From Podarcis vaucheri (Eukaryota): a stretch of 64,000 nucleotides of DNA. The notes below the pieces were generated by a model that saw nothing but the letters and a program-made list of their open reading frames with translations, did not search any database and was not told the origin of the DNA. The translations under genes were made by a program, and so were the position numbers. Below, in pieces: positions 50,943 through 64,000 of the stretch; the first letter of the stretch is position 1, and the number at the start of each line of letters is the position of its first letter. The stretch is taken from assembly GCA_965113315.1 (NCBI GenBank), contig OZ220363.1. The stretch is one strand, 5' to 3'.

Positions 50943-53900
50943 TGTAAACTGCCCTTCACCTGAAGCTCACAAGGTAGTTCACAATAAAAAAGACAGTATG
51001 ACAACACAAAATACATAATAAAACAAAAACAAACCAATAATCCCCCTCCTGCATAATAGGTGTGACACTCACGCACACATGCTATCCCTTAATCTCTAAA
51101 CATATTCAAGAGTTGCTTTAAAAATCAGTGCACATTACAGTAATTTACAACATATATACACAGAATTTTGATTTAGTGTGCCACACAAGAAAGCAACATG
51201 CTTTTGCAGTGCTATAAACAAACACAAGAATAAACCCACTTCTCCAAGACATCCAGAAGGGAAGCCTACCTGAAAACACCAAGTTGTATTTTGCTCCTGA
51301 AACAGGTTTTGCAAGCAATGTCTCTCTCCTCTCTTGCTGTGATAAACTGGTCACAGCAGCCTCTCAGGGGAAAAGCTTTCAGGTGACTCTAATCTGCTTG
51401 CCTGCTGGTCAATGAATGGTTGCTATAATCAGATTATGAGGACTATGGCTACCCAACACAAACATTTAATGCGGGTAGACTATATAAATATCTGTGGCTA
51501 CTCCCTGGCTTCTAGCCTTGAAGGTAAAGAAGGTAAGAAGAAGAAAGTGCAGTGCAAACAACATCCCTCATGGTGTAGATCTTTCCCTCATCAGGAAAGT
51601 GTTGGAGAGTACAATGGCATCCTTGCAAGCCTGGGGATGTGATCTGTGCTACGTGGCTCCTCACCCAGGGGCAACTGCTACCAGATGAAAAGCAGTAACA
51701 AAAATAAATAAATCTATAACTATGACAAAAATGCAAACTGCTCAATGTAGCGTGTGAATGCTATCCCATCAATAAGAGCAAGTCTCATTTGATGAGAATA
51801 AAATCATTGTATCACTTCATATTTTGTTGCGTTTGAACCATGCACAGTGCACCCTTGAATGCATGAATGAGTAAAAATAACATACTTAAAGCACAACAGG
51901 TAATTATGCACAACATGCATTATGTCAAGGAGAAAGGCCATATAAATGGAGACAGAGCCCCCACTGTGGAGCAGTATCCTTCCAGAGACCCATGAGATCT
52001 TTCAACAGAGACCCAGTGTGGTGCAGGAGATAAGAATTAGAATCTTGGATAAGGGATACAATAATTCAATTCTTTGCTGAATTCTTTCACTGAGAAAGAA
52101 ACTATCTCCCAGCCTTATTTCCTAAAAGAATCGTTGTGAGAATTAATGGGATGAACCCTAGGTCACAACACCAAGCCTTCTTGTATAAATGTAATATTTG
52201 AGCACAAAGGTGCACAAACAAATCCACACATACAAGGAAATTATATTCTTTTCCAGCCATCATCTACTCCAGGAGTGAGGAACCTCTGACCCTCTGGCAG
52301 GGCAGGGCTTTGGTCTTTCAAATTTCAATGGTGCCCTGTGCAATGGCAAAATTTGGTACCTCCACCACCTCTCACCTTCCATTCTGCTCAATTCACTACA
52401 TGATGCCCTGTGGTGCACCCAGGCTTGGTGCTCAGTGCAGCAGAACTGGTCATGCTGCCCCAACCTCAGGCGTAATGAAGCTCCCCATGTGGCCCACAAG
52501 ACCATTTCGGTGAAGTCAGGCCGAGCTGCAGCAGACCTAACATCATATATGACATCTGATGTGGGGCAAGTAAAAATTATACTCTAGGTCAAGCTTCTGC
52601 TCTCATGCAGGCCACAACTATAAACAAAGCCCTACGAACTTGTCGTATGTAGAGATATAATACATCATGTTGTGAGCTGCAGGAAACTGAAAAGGAACAC
52701 ACTATATGGAGCTGCCATTCATGCACTACTTCAGAATAAGGGCTCCCCATTGGATGAGACCCTAATCTATAGCATACTATAGCATAAAATGACCCAGATC
52801 TGGCCACACAACTGCTAACCAGGTTGTATGTAACACCTCCAAAAACACAATGTAACATGGATATGCAGTGTAGGGATGGTCATACTCCTGGTAGCAGGAA
52901 GATGGGTAAAGATAGCACTTTACACACAAGCTATTTTTACATCCATTTGACAGAACATCTCCTTTTGTGCTGATATGCTTTCAGTTTTAGAACTTGATCC
53001 CATAATCCCATGGAATTTATAAAGGCATGCTTTCTTTTCTTTATGTTATTTTCCATTTCGTTTACAAGCTGCTTATATGGGCCTTTTACAAGACAGTTAA
53101 TGTCAAAACCCTTGGTTTAGTTCAGTAGTTCTTGTTCTCTTTTATAATAATAAAAGAACAAGGAAAGCTCTGAAAGATTTCTGCAGGGGGAAAATGTGTG
53201 GGCCACTTTAAAGACACTTAGCAGCAGGTAAACTTCCCCCAATCCTGTCAGCAGATGCTGCTGCTACAACTTATTCATCACCAAGGTGTCTGAAAGCAAA
53301 ATGATTTATACATTAAAGTCCCAGGGCATAGTCTGAAGCAGACACCTTACTGAAGTTAAGCAGGTCTGGGGCTGGTCAATCACTGAGTGGGAGATTGCCT
53401 GGGAACCCTATGCACACCGCTTTGAATTAAATGACAAAAAGGTAATGTAACAGAAATAAAGCAGCAGCTGTGAAAAAGCAACAGGTACTCTTAAGGCCAC
53501 TGTAACTGTAAAATTAAAAAGAAAAAGCAGTCACTGTATAATCTCCTTCAGGGCAGTGTTATGCATTGCACTAGCAAACATGGATTCCCCACTCTGTGTT
53601 TGCTTAAAAAGTGTGACCTGGAAGGAAGATTTGGGTAGAGTGGTGGTGGTCAGGAGAGTCGATGAGCAAAAATATTAATCTCTTGGATGGTGATAAAATA
53701 TTAATCTCTTGGGTGGCTGAGATCACAAGCTCTGTGGGATAATATCAAACACAGACATACTTAATTTAAGCAATGCATATCCAAAAGGATCAAAGAAGAC
53801 ATCTGGCACATACAAATGCTGTTCACACGGATATAATACAGGAGAAAGGGCACAACAAATTCAGATACAAGGATTCTGATACCAAATTTCAAATGATAAA

Positions 53901-56625
53901 GGTTCTGCAGTATCATAAGATAATTTGATTGTACTTCACACATTACATAACCACAAACCTCAGACAGTCTTAGCCAGACCCCAACTGTCTTGTGACTTTT
54001 GAAATTAGGTGAATACATCTAAAAGTGTAATGGGTGAATGTACTGTAATGCTCTTTGATAGGAATTTGCTTAATACTTTCCTCATTAAGATTAAAATACT
54101 AGTCTTATGCAAATCTTTGTCATCAAATTCTAACACCAAAGGTTTACTCATTATTTCTATTCTGCCTCTTACAAAAATTAAAACATGGCAAAAAGTGCTG
54201 GGGCAAAAAATCAATTTCAGCTCTCTGTGACCCCAACAAATGGGATATTTCATTGGACATGGGAATGCTATTTGTGGGACAGAAATGTGTCATATAGTAG
54301 AGAAACACTTCAAGTATATTATCCCTTTGTATCTGTGTTCTGATTTGTGGGTGCTTATTCCCCAACCCTTGGAAGCCAAAGCCCTGAGCAGTAGCACATT
54401 GTATATTATACAGTGTTATACCACAAGTACTCTTTAGGGAGCTTTAAAGATATGGGAGGAATATGTGTACAGATTTTTGAAGCTTCAATTCCAGTTTCAA
54501 GCCTATTTTCAGCACAAAAATCCACATTTATCTCAATCTGAGACAGCAAAAATAAAATCCAAATGCAATCTAATGAGGTTTTAACAGGATGCCCTAAATC
54601 TGTTAAAATATTAAACATATGGCTCTCAATACATTTAAAATACTTAAGTCTATTACTGTAAAAAATACTCTCCATTTAGTCTATGTATCCCTATAACTAG
54701 ACTGACATAAAAAGCACACCAAAAATCTAGGAAACAAACTCTACTCAGAACAGCACCAGGTAAATTTGGGTAGGGTCAACTGAAACATACAGATGACTTA
54801 TACCAGGGGTGAAGGACTGGATCAAGCTAACTTTCCGTGGAACACTGACTGGTGAGCAAGGCTGTCAATCACACAACATCACATGACCAGGTGAGTCACA
54901 GCTTGTAAAGGGCGAATGAGGAGCACAATCTAAGTATGCTCCTGATTCTTCCTTTGCAGCCATCGGCTGAATGCAACTGGGGCAATGGCAGCAAACACTG
55001 GGAACATGCCCTTAAGTGAACTATTTCTTCTTTTCCAGCTATAGTCCAGTGCTTTATTGATTTGGTGCTTTTTTTGGTCACCGCAAGATGACAGGAGAAG
55101 GTGCCAAATTTTCAAGTTCTGAATTCTACTAGGAAGAACTGGGAGCTCATTTCAGTTTGGCCCGACAGGTTTACATGTCCTGTGCCTGAAGGCATATGAT
55201 GGCAGGTGATTGACAGGTGGGTGGGAGGTTTAGGCCAAACTACATTCTGTGACATCCAGTGCTATTTTTCTAGAAAAAGAGGTGCCCGAGTTCACCATTA
55301 ACTTGTTCTCTTAGAATGGCAATGGCATCCACCTGAGAGGGGCTGGAGCTGACCTCTGGTGAGCTCTGTCTGAAAAAAAGCCCTGGATAGCCTTAGGTGG
55401 TCTAGGAGGTTCTCATTAGATTAGATTAAGTTCTGTTTAACTGCATTGGGTTGCTTAATTGTATGACTGGCTGGCCATAATGTGGTTGGGAAGTGTGTGC
55501 TGGTTTCCCCCCAAGTGGTGGCACATGAACAGTGCTGATTCACTCAAAACAGCAATACATGAATGGAAGACCAACCAGAGTAGTTTGAGAACACATGATC
55601 TTGGTTGTCAGCCCTAGAAAACCTGTTCCTTGCCTTGCAGGACTTTTCCCACCTGGCCTGGGAGGGTGGGGCCTTACTGAATACAGCTGCAAGAGCTGAG
55701 GCTGCTGAACAGACTCTTGGGTTGGGGGTCTTGTTGGTGGGGGATTGTTGGGGTGTGTGTTGCTGTTATTGATATTAATTTTTTTGTTTATTTTAAATCG
55801 TATTAGGATTTATTTGGCAAGTGTTCAATTTGGCTGTGTATTTTTTGATGTTTTATTTATTATGACTACTTTTCTATGTTGTAATTATGTATTTTTTCAT
55901 GTTGTAAGTTGCCTTGAGCATGGTTTGGAAAGGCGGCATACAAATAAAACGACAGTGGTATCTCTGGTTACGTTGCCTTCTTAGTTATAAAACTAAGAAT
56001 GTTTCTGTGTGGTCTGTCAGGATGGGAGAGTTCATGAGAGCTCCGAAATAGGACTAAGATATTAAACTTAAACATTCTAATTTCAACCTACAAAATGTAA
56101 AATAATTTTTAAAAATGGAGTGCAAGAGAAACTATTCTAGCCTCTACCATCAGGGCTGAGTCATTCTTTCTCAAATTATCATTGCTGATCACACTCTTCC
56201 CTGCATTATAATTTCAACTTTTAAGTAGCACTGAGAATAAAACCTGCAAAGAAATAAAATGATCTGTAAAAAGGCAATTCCAATCAAAGATGCCCAAGGT
56301 TCCCTGTTTCAGCAATGAAAATTTATCAAGCTGACTGAGAGCTGTTAATAAGGTCAATATGTAGATAAGGGCTTTTCAATCAGTAAGCATACAGAAATCA
56401 TTTTTTATCGGTTCAAAATATGCTGTCAATTTCATAAGTGGCCCAAGAAGTATGAAGATGTATCAGCCAGACTCCCAAGATACAACAGGATTCTATCTGA
56501 TCACCACACCGCATCATCAATTACACCATGCAATCTCTTATAAGTCAATAAAAAGGGCCAAAGCTGCTGCTTTCAACTTAATCCATATTTGCTTCTTCTA
56601 AGCTGTAAGTAAGATGGGCACTCAC

Positions 56626-56778
56626 CTTTGACAGTAACTTGAGCACTGCAGGATGCCCTTCCAGCACTATTTTCTGCCAAACAAGTATACACCCCATCAT
56701 CTTCTGGTAAAGCATCTTGAACAGTCAGTTTTGCAAGTCCATCTTCAAAGGCAGAATGTGCATACTGAATAGGCCGAT
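56626..56778 (-). CDS. MYLK: MYLK coding exon (~exon 13), Ig domain C-half
   Basis: 153 nt, long pyrimidine tract + CTAG| ... AAAG|GTGAGT; DRPIQYAHSAFEDGLAKLTVQDALPEDDGVYTCLAENSAGRASCSAQVTVK. Confidence 0.95.
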
Positions 56779-57389
56779 CTAGAGAAGTGAGGGGGGGGGG
56801 AGAGAGAAAGAGAGAGAGAGAGAATCAAGAAATTGTTGAACATCCCAGTTACCAACCCATACTTCGTAAATTGCCAGTTGCTAGCTTTAAAGCTCATCTC
56901 ATTGCCTTACCATTTCATTAGAGTCAAGGATTAAATGCTTCTCAGTCACACAGGGATCCATTTATACAGATTTGAAATGCAAAAGAAGTTTCCAATAGGA
57001 TCAGTCATTTAGCTAACTTCAACTCTTTGTACCATTTCGTTAAATAACTTATAGAAATGCCCACTGTGAATTATTATGCGTTAAGTCCACACCAAGCAGA
57101 GATTTTACATACATATGGAAACATGCAGAGATTCGTATACAGCCCTCTGTCTCCTTAACGTGAAATCTTGTTTCACTAGTTACACTTGTTTTCTGGCCTT
57201 CCTCCAAATAACTCAGAGTGGCATGTTAGCCTCATGGCAACCTTTTGATGTAGATGTATGTTTGTAGCACATTTACACCCCCCTTCTAGCATAAATATAC
57301 ATTATAACATGCAATAGTTGTGTGGTGTGGGTGTGTAACATTTACAAAGAGAGACAAAGTTAGCAGTTTAAAATAGTATAAGCTTATCT

Positions 57390-57865
57390 GCCATGTCAAA
57401 AAAGCCTGCTGAAATACAGAGGTCTTCAGTAGCCAGTGTCAAACAGTTAGGGAGGCAGCCAAGCATACCTCATGGGCAGTATGTTCCATAATCTGGCCGC
57501 TGCCACCAAGAAGTCCCTCTCTCTTGTTTTATACAGCTGTGCTTCTACTCTAGGAAGGGAACGAAGATGGGCCTCACCTTCTAATTCTAGAGAGTGGGCA
57601 GGATGATATGGGAGGAGGTAATTATTTAAGGTATGTTGGGCTTAAGCCAGGGAGAGCTTTGGAAGTGCTCAGCAACACTTTCAATTGTGCATGAAAGCAG
57701 ACTGGAACCACAGCAGCTATTGTAGGGTGGGTGTAACATGATCATATGGATAAACATCCACCAGCATCTTTGCAACTACATTTTGGACCAAATCAAGCTT
57801 CCAAAGACATTCCAAAGATACCACCATTTAGAGGAAGCTGCAGTAAGCCAACCTAGATGTAACGA
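57390..57865 (-). mobile_element. L2-like LINE fragment, decayed
   Basis: Minus strand GTTACATCTAGGTTGGCTTACTGC (VTSRLAYC) and 3'-end motifs GGACTTCTTGGTGGCAGCGG..TTATGGAAC, CTGAAGACCTCTGTATTTCAGCAGGCTTT. Confidence 0.6.
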
Positions 57866-59689
57866 AGATGCAGAAGGACCTTCTCTGTTGTGGCTCCAAA
57901 GTGTTTGAATGTCCTTCCCTCCAAGGCATGTCTTGTACCACTGTTGTTGTTTTCAGCATCAGATCAAGATAGACTTCTTTGCCCAGGCTTTAGGGCAGTG
58001 GTGGGGAGCCTCTTTGGCCCAGCAGGCAAGTGCCTTCTGTGCATTATGGACCCTTCTTCAAAATAAACTGACGTTTATCCAATCTAAATGACCACTGGAT
58101 CAGAGTCTAATGTAATATGGAAATTCCAAACACCAAGCTTACTACTGCAACTGTACTGCTCACCATTTCACCATGAGCACCATTAAGCATGCCTGGAACT
58201 AACAGTCATGGACAAGGAATGCAACTTTCTCCTTTATTTGGTTATGGACAGCTATCCTTTCCTGCAATGTATCCTTCCATGACAGAGAGAAGCAGATTGT
58301 TTGCATTCATGAGGATATTACAATTAGCTAACTTAATCCTTAAGCAAAATTATTTTTCTAGAAGGTATATGCTGAAAAGCTGCAAGAAATCCCAGAGTTT
58401 AACTACAGTTTATAAGCTAGCCCATGTCTGTTTCCAAGTGATGTATAAACAGTTATGTATCAAGATCAGAAGTGAGAGAGATGAGAATTACTGGCAAGTT
58501 CTGGGAGCTGGGAATGGAAGTAACATGTTTATGTCTTTCAGATAATACATAATGTCCCTGTTTTCACTTCACATTTACATATTTCTTAAACTTCTGTTGC
58601 TGAAAGCCATCACCGCCTGCCGGCTTACAATTGGGGTTAAGGTTTTAATCTGTAGCTTCCAAAGCCCTAAATGGTTCGAAAGCTAGTTACTCAAATAACT
58701 CTCCTTCTCCCCATTAGACCTTCTCAACAAGCATAGTACAGAATATGTGGAAGAATAAAGACACAAATTATTGTACAAAATAAATTTGGAGGGCAGCTGA
58801 CGGGTGCATCCATTGTAGGGTAGGTCTACATAGGTCTACATCAAAAACGTAAGAACAAGAAAAGCCAAGCTGAATCAGACCACACATCCATCTACTTCTG
58901 CATTCTCTCCTCTCAGTGGTCAACCAGATGTCTACAGAAAGCCTACAAGCAGGACAAGAGCAAAATGCTGTCTGTGATATGGGACATAATATATAACCAG
59001 TATAAATGAAGGTCATTGATCAGAGAAGTTTTGCGTTCCAAGGTGCCAACCCCACAAGGCCACAATGGCCAAGTGACAGGATTTTCATGAACTCTAAAAG
59101 TTTGCAATGCACCACTCTCAGAACAAACTACCTCTGCTTCAATTCAGACATCACGCAAAACCATGCTTTGTGCGAATCATAGTCAAGAACTGACCCTATC
59201 ATTTGAACATCCGAACACACAGAGCAAAGAAACCATGGTGCAGAATTTCTTGCCTGGTTTGTTTTCCTTCTGCTAAGTATTCATTCAGTTCATTCTCACC
59301 TCTGTGGTGCACCAGCCTTCATTATGATGTGTGAACAATTTATGAGTTCAGACATATCTACAGTTAAAACAAACTGTGCAAATCAGCTTCAAATCATGGT
59401 TTTACGTCCTGTTTTGGCAGCCACTCACAAACCATGATCTGCAAAGCTGTGTTATGTCTGAATAAAAGCCTCTGTGTAGGGATGCAAGGCAGCAAGTGGC
59501 AGTTCTAGGCAGCTAGTGGTATTCCTTAAGAATAGGACTACTTAAGAAAGACTGCAACTGGACTCAGTGGGCTTTATTTTCAGGGAGCCACTTCCTCAAT
59601 GTTTACAAGAAATTGTCTGGAATTCTGTGACCAGAAAACCTACAGATTTGAATAAATGCATATAAACTAAACACAGTCCACAATTAATG

Positions 59690-59840
59690 AGTCAGACACT
59701 TGTTCCATCTAGTTCAGCACTGTCTACACTGACTGGCAGTGGCTCTTCAGGATTTCAGATGGGGAATTTTCCCAGACCTACCTGGAGAGGCTGGGAATTG
59801 AACCTGGGATTTCCTGCATTCTACCACTGAGCTGCTCCTT
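59690..59840 (-). mobile_element. tRNA-derived SINE
   Basis: Reverse complement of GCAGCTCAGTGGTAGAATGCAG..CCCAGGTTCAATTCCCAGC..GAGCCACTGCCAGTCAGTGTAGACAGTGCTGAACTAGATGG. Confidence 0.75.
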
Positions 59841-61074
59841 CTCACAAAAGGGATAAGTATCAAAATATTCAGTAAAACACCTCTACCATCAGATGTGTAG
59901 ATGCAGCAGGGCACTCACTGAAGATAAGATGCATTCTGTCCATTAAAGCAAAATCATAGCTAAGAAGATTTGCTGACCCTATGATAACAACTTTAGATCA
60001 ATATGTGTACCTAAGAAACTAGCCAGATTACTGCAATCAGCAATAGGAGGCCCTGTTAACTGTATCATGGCCTGCAGATGCCCAGCAGAGAAGGGGCTTT
60101 CTCCACAGTGCTGCATACAGTGAGGGCATGATCTTCCCCTGGATAGTAGTCAGCACTGACTGCAGGGTGCTTCTGGTAATTAAGAACATACCTTTTAACC
60201 AAAGATTTATACAGGAAATAGAGGGAATGAGAAGATACGGTACTATATTCACTTTTCTTGATAATCAACCACAAGAACTTTGGAACTCTCTGCCTACTGA
60301 GATCAAGAATGTGCCTTTACTGTATTCTTTTCAGCGCCTGCTAAAAACATTCCTGTTAAGGCAAGCCTAACCCGATGCTTAGAAAATTGAGGTAATCTTT
60401 ATTTGTTTTTAGTATTTTAACTTTTGTATGTTTTTTATTGATTTTATTGTTTTATCTTTTTGCAAATCTTATGAAATAAACCATATATACTAAGGAAACA
60501 TTCAATCTCATTTCCTAAAATCTGCATTCTGTTGCAATAAAGCTCATGGCCATACAAGCAAACAACAAAAATGCAGCCTTGTCACAAAACACCCTCTACT
60601 GGACAATCTTCAAAACAGCAGCAAATATGTTTTCTTTCCCCGCTCCAGAATGCCTTGCCAGATCTTAGTTGTGCTACATATTGTAGGCAACTGTGATGGG
60701 ATAGCAGCCTTTTTGGAAAAATCTGCCCTGAACTGCTCTGCTAATCTCAGACAGCTTGTGTTTACCTTCTATTGATAAGAATGCAGAAAGATGCCTTAAA
60801 GCAAGTCAAACCATTGGTCCATCTAGCTCTGTACCCCAACTGGTGGCAGCGCTTCGCGATCTCAGATGCCAGAAAGCTGCTGCCAGTCAGTGCAGGCAAT
60901 ACTTAGCTAAATGGGAAAATGATCTAAGTCAGTTTAAGGTTGCTTCCTATGTTCCGATCAAAGTCCCCTGGCCACCCCCTCACTGACTCATATGTAGATG
61001 CTGGTAACCAAAGTGTTAGCAATGTTACAAGAAACAGACAGTTGGGCTGCCATTTTTTTCTGACCAAGACTTAC

Positions 61075-61209
61075 CATTGAGGAGCCAAGTGATCTCAGGC
61101 ACAGGGGTACCCTCAACTAAGCACTGAAGCACAAAATCCTGTCCTTCACTCACACTGCATGACTTCAAAATGGTGGAAAAATGAGGAGCGACACCCCTCA
61201 CTTTGGGCC
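61075..61209 (-). CDS. MYLK: MYLK coding exon (~exon 12), Ig domain N-half
   Basis: 135 nt, TTTGTAG| ... AATG|GTAAGT; RPKVRGVAPHFSTILKSCSVSEGQDFVLQCLVEGTPVPEITWLLN. Confidence 0.95.
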
Positions 61210-62339
61210 CTACAAATCAAAGCAAAGGAAGATACACTAGAAACAGGAGGTTTGCAAAATCCAGCACCAGTAACTTGTTTCAGAATGGAAAAGTAATTCC
61301 CACAATAGACAGCTAAACAGTAAGTGTTTTACTAGCTATACATAATTAAAAGTTTCATTGTCAAAATGTCAGGTCACATTGGTTAAAGGCTTCATAAAGT
61401 GTTGCAGTCTATTATGTATAAAAGCCAAATGATAGGTAACAATGCTGTCGTCAGGGGTATCATTAGACCAACAGACCCTTCTCTGCGCTCGTCCACACCT
61501 CAGCTTGTCCCATGCCTAGAAAGAATGGGTCTGAGCAGTTTTCTGTTTGCCCTGCCGCTTTCCCTGGGAAAATCCGCTTGTTAGTGCTGAATCGAAACAA
61601 ATGTCAATCTGAAGATGGACGTTTGCTTCAATTCAGCAGCAAAAATTGGGTTTTCCCAGGGGAAAGTGGCAATACAAGTGGAAGTCTGCATAAGCCCTCT
61701 GTTGCAAAGTGTCCTCAGGAGGGTTGCTTCGCAACAAAGAAAAGCTGGTGTCAGCAAGAGGGAGATGATGCTTACTGCTTCCCTTGTTAACCTCTTTCTC
61801 CCCTGACACTCTGCTCCCTGTCTATTCCCATCATCCACATTCTTTTCCCTGGACATATTGATTTTTCATTGCTTATAGAAAGCCTAGCCTTTGACTAACT
61901 GTCCTGAGAGCCAAAAGCGTATTATAGAGTTTTCACTACAAACTTTAAAATAAGTGCTATCTCCTACCAGGTTATTTTTAAATGTGGCGCAGCTATGACT
62001 GCTTGGCATTGTTATAAAGAAGCACTCTTTTTATTTCTTAAATATGCAGGGCCCAAACGCTTGAGTGGTCTGGTCAAATCAGCACATTCCCACAGCCCAA
62101 ACTCCCAGATCAAGAAACTATCATTCATGTTATGTATTAGTCAAGGTCTCCAAGAAATCTTACCCAACTCATAATAAGTGGGTATCATGTGTATCATGTG
62201 GGCCCTTATGGATGACTTGCTTCATAGGTTTTTGTAATTATTATATTTAAACAAAACTGCTTTAACCTTTCCCCACTCACCCTGACACAAAGTCCTGAAA
62301 CAATTATCTGTGCCAATCATGCACCCAAAATGTACTTAC

Positions 62340-62543
62340 TTTTTACTGTTAATATCCACCTGGTTGAAGCCTGGCCTTGAACATTGGAGGCTGTACAGCG
62401 GTAAGACCCACTGTTTTCCAACTGAGTTTTTTTCAGACACAAACAATGGATTCCATCCTCTTCATATATTTGGACTTCATCTCCTGCTTCCATTTGGCAT
62501 CCTTCTTTGAACCATTCAACATTTGCCTTGGGCTTCCCTGAAA
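62340..62543 (-). CDS. MYLK: MYLK coding exon (~human exon 11, alternatively spliced in mammals), Ig domain
   Basis: 204 nt, phase 1-1; CTAG|TTTCAGGG ... AAAAA|GTAAGT; translates VSGKPKANVEWFKEGCQMEAGDEVQIYEEDGIHCLCLKKTQLENSGSYRCTASNVQGQASTRWILTVK. Confidence 0.93.
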
Positions 62544-63009
62544 CTAGTTCATCACAGGTGCATTATTACTAAAATATATTAATGTTACATACATATGTTG
62601 AGTGCATGAAAAAGTGTCTATGGGTATGAAAGTGTGGGGTAGCCTCACCCACTTTTGGCCATACCCACCACTGGTCCAGAAGGGTGAAGGCCAGAAAGTA
62701 CAGCTACTCATGCTTTAAATAGAAGCCAGCCCGCTTCTAGTTACTGAAAAAGGACAGAGGTCACCCATCATTAAGCAAACTAAAAAGTTCATCAAGCTGG
62801 AATATAGTGGGCAGAATGAAATGGGTTGTTGTGTTCTTAGCAGGAAGACACATGACACGACACTTTGGAGAAAAGCTAGTTTTGAAAATTCTTAAGGCAA
62901 CAATAGAAAATTATGGTGGAAACTATCCAATGGGACATCCAGTTCACAGGTCCCCAACATTCTGGGGACCTGTGGGTACATTTCCAATTTAAGGAAGATG
63001 TAATTAGCA

Positions 63010-63146
63010 CAGGCATAGGCAAACTCGGCCCTTCAGATGTTTTGGGACTACAACTCCCATCATCCCTGACCACTGATCCTGTTAGCTAGGGATGATGGGA
63101 GTTGTAGTCCCAAAAACACCTGGAGGGCCAAGTTTGCCTATGCCTG
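63010..63146. mobile_element. Palindromic hAT MITE (137 bp)
   Basis: TIR CAGGCATAGGCAAAC / GTTTGCCTATGCCTG; perfect TSD AATTAGCA. Confidence 0.92.
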
Positions 63147-63517
63147 AATTAGCACCACACACATACCACAACCACATGCACAAATGCAGTGAAACCACTC
63201 AGAGAGAGAAACCACATGCATGCACTCCCTTCTCCCTTCTCCCTTCTCTGTCAGCAGGTTGGAGATAGGAGTTCTGAATACCGCCCCCCCCAATTGAGCA
63301 GGGTCAGGGGGACTAGTCCAGCTTGTTCCCTATATTGCTAGTTTTCTTCTTGGAGGGAGGTGTTTTATGCATTTTTGTTTTTATCATCATGGAGAAGCAT
63401 TCACAAATCTGATGCCCCTCCTGCATTGCAAAGTTGTACAGATCCTTCTACTAGCCTCAGTATTTTACCACCTAATGCTGCTGTTGCAACTGTAGGCAAA
63501 GCCTTTCTCCTATTTAC

Positions 63518-64000
63518 CTTTGCATCTGAATGTAACCACTTCTCCTTCGAGTGCTTCTTGGCTTTGTGGGCGACACTCAAACTGGGGAGCGATCCCTTGA
63601 GTCTCCCTCTTTACATCAGTTATGCTTTTCTTTAATCCAACACGGTCATCTAATTCCTTAGTCCTAAAACCACTTGGCCTGATAGACGGGGCAGCCTGCC
63701 AGCCTGTTGTGAGTGGTTGCTTTGGCTTTTTCCCATCATCTTCCTGCCCAGAGGAAGCTGCCTTCACTTGTGCCTTTGGTCCAGTTTGTACTTTAACAGA
63801 CTGCAGAGTTATGGTGCTTGATGTTTTTTGCAGGACTCTGCAACCTTTCCCTTCCTCTTTATGCGGCTCTATATGGGGTTCCTTCACCTCTTCCAGTTGA
63901 TTCTGTTTGGCTTCTTTGGAGGAAGTGAGAGGGATCTCTTTCTTTACGGCTGGCCTTTCTTTGGGTTCAAGCAAAAGTTCTGTGGTAGTGGATTTGAGTT
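63518..64000 (-). CDS. MYLK: MYLK coding exon (~human exon 10), 5' part outside window; linker and start of an Ig domain
   Basis: Open frame ...VLQKTSSTITLQ...GIAPQFECRPQSQEALEGEVVTFRCK resembles the recalled long-MLCK sequence VLQKTSSSITLQ...PKFESKPQSQEV; donor AAAG|GTAAAT with GT at 63517-63516 (phase 1). Confidence 0.93.

Noticed and set aside
1-64000. A second nested gene, intact autonomous transposon or endogenous virus
   Set aside because: No long non-MYLK ORF; all LINE and DNA-transposon pieces are truncated or non-autonomous. Non-coding antisense transcripts cannot be excluded from sequence alone.

Overview
Vertebrate genomic DNA, inferred to be from a squamate reptile and most likely a lacertid lizard (from the SINE and MITE repertoire). 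The whole window lies inside one minus-strand gene, MYLK (smooth/non-muscle myosin light chain kinase). I reconstructed 13 consecutive coding exons by hand with GT-AG sites and a continuous reading frame; they correspond to human exons ~10 (partial) to 22 (numbering recalled from human, approximate). They encode several Ig-I domains, the five D(F/V)RxxL actin-binding motifs, the short-isoform start (MDFRANL) and the Lys/Pro linker. The kinase domain and telokin lie beyond position 1. An internal smooth-muscle promoter signature (two perfect CArG boxes, MCAT, TATA-like, AP-1) surrounds exon 17. Introns carry tRNA-derived SINEs, CR1 and L2 LINE fragments, hAT and Tc1/pogo MITEs with TSDs, microsatellites and a 197-bp tandem duplication. 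Almost all supplied ORFs are chance intronic or antisense frames. I see no wholly new gene system. The best unexplained signals are a hairpin-sequestered candidate poison exon in intron 21, a degenerate 9-residue repeat in the exon-18 linker, co-varying TIRs among MITE copies, inverted hAT copies bracketing exons 19-20, and substitutions at regulatory phosphosites.
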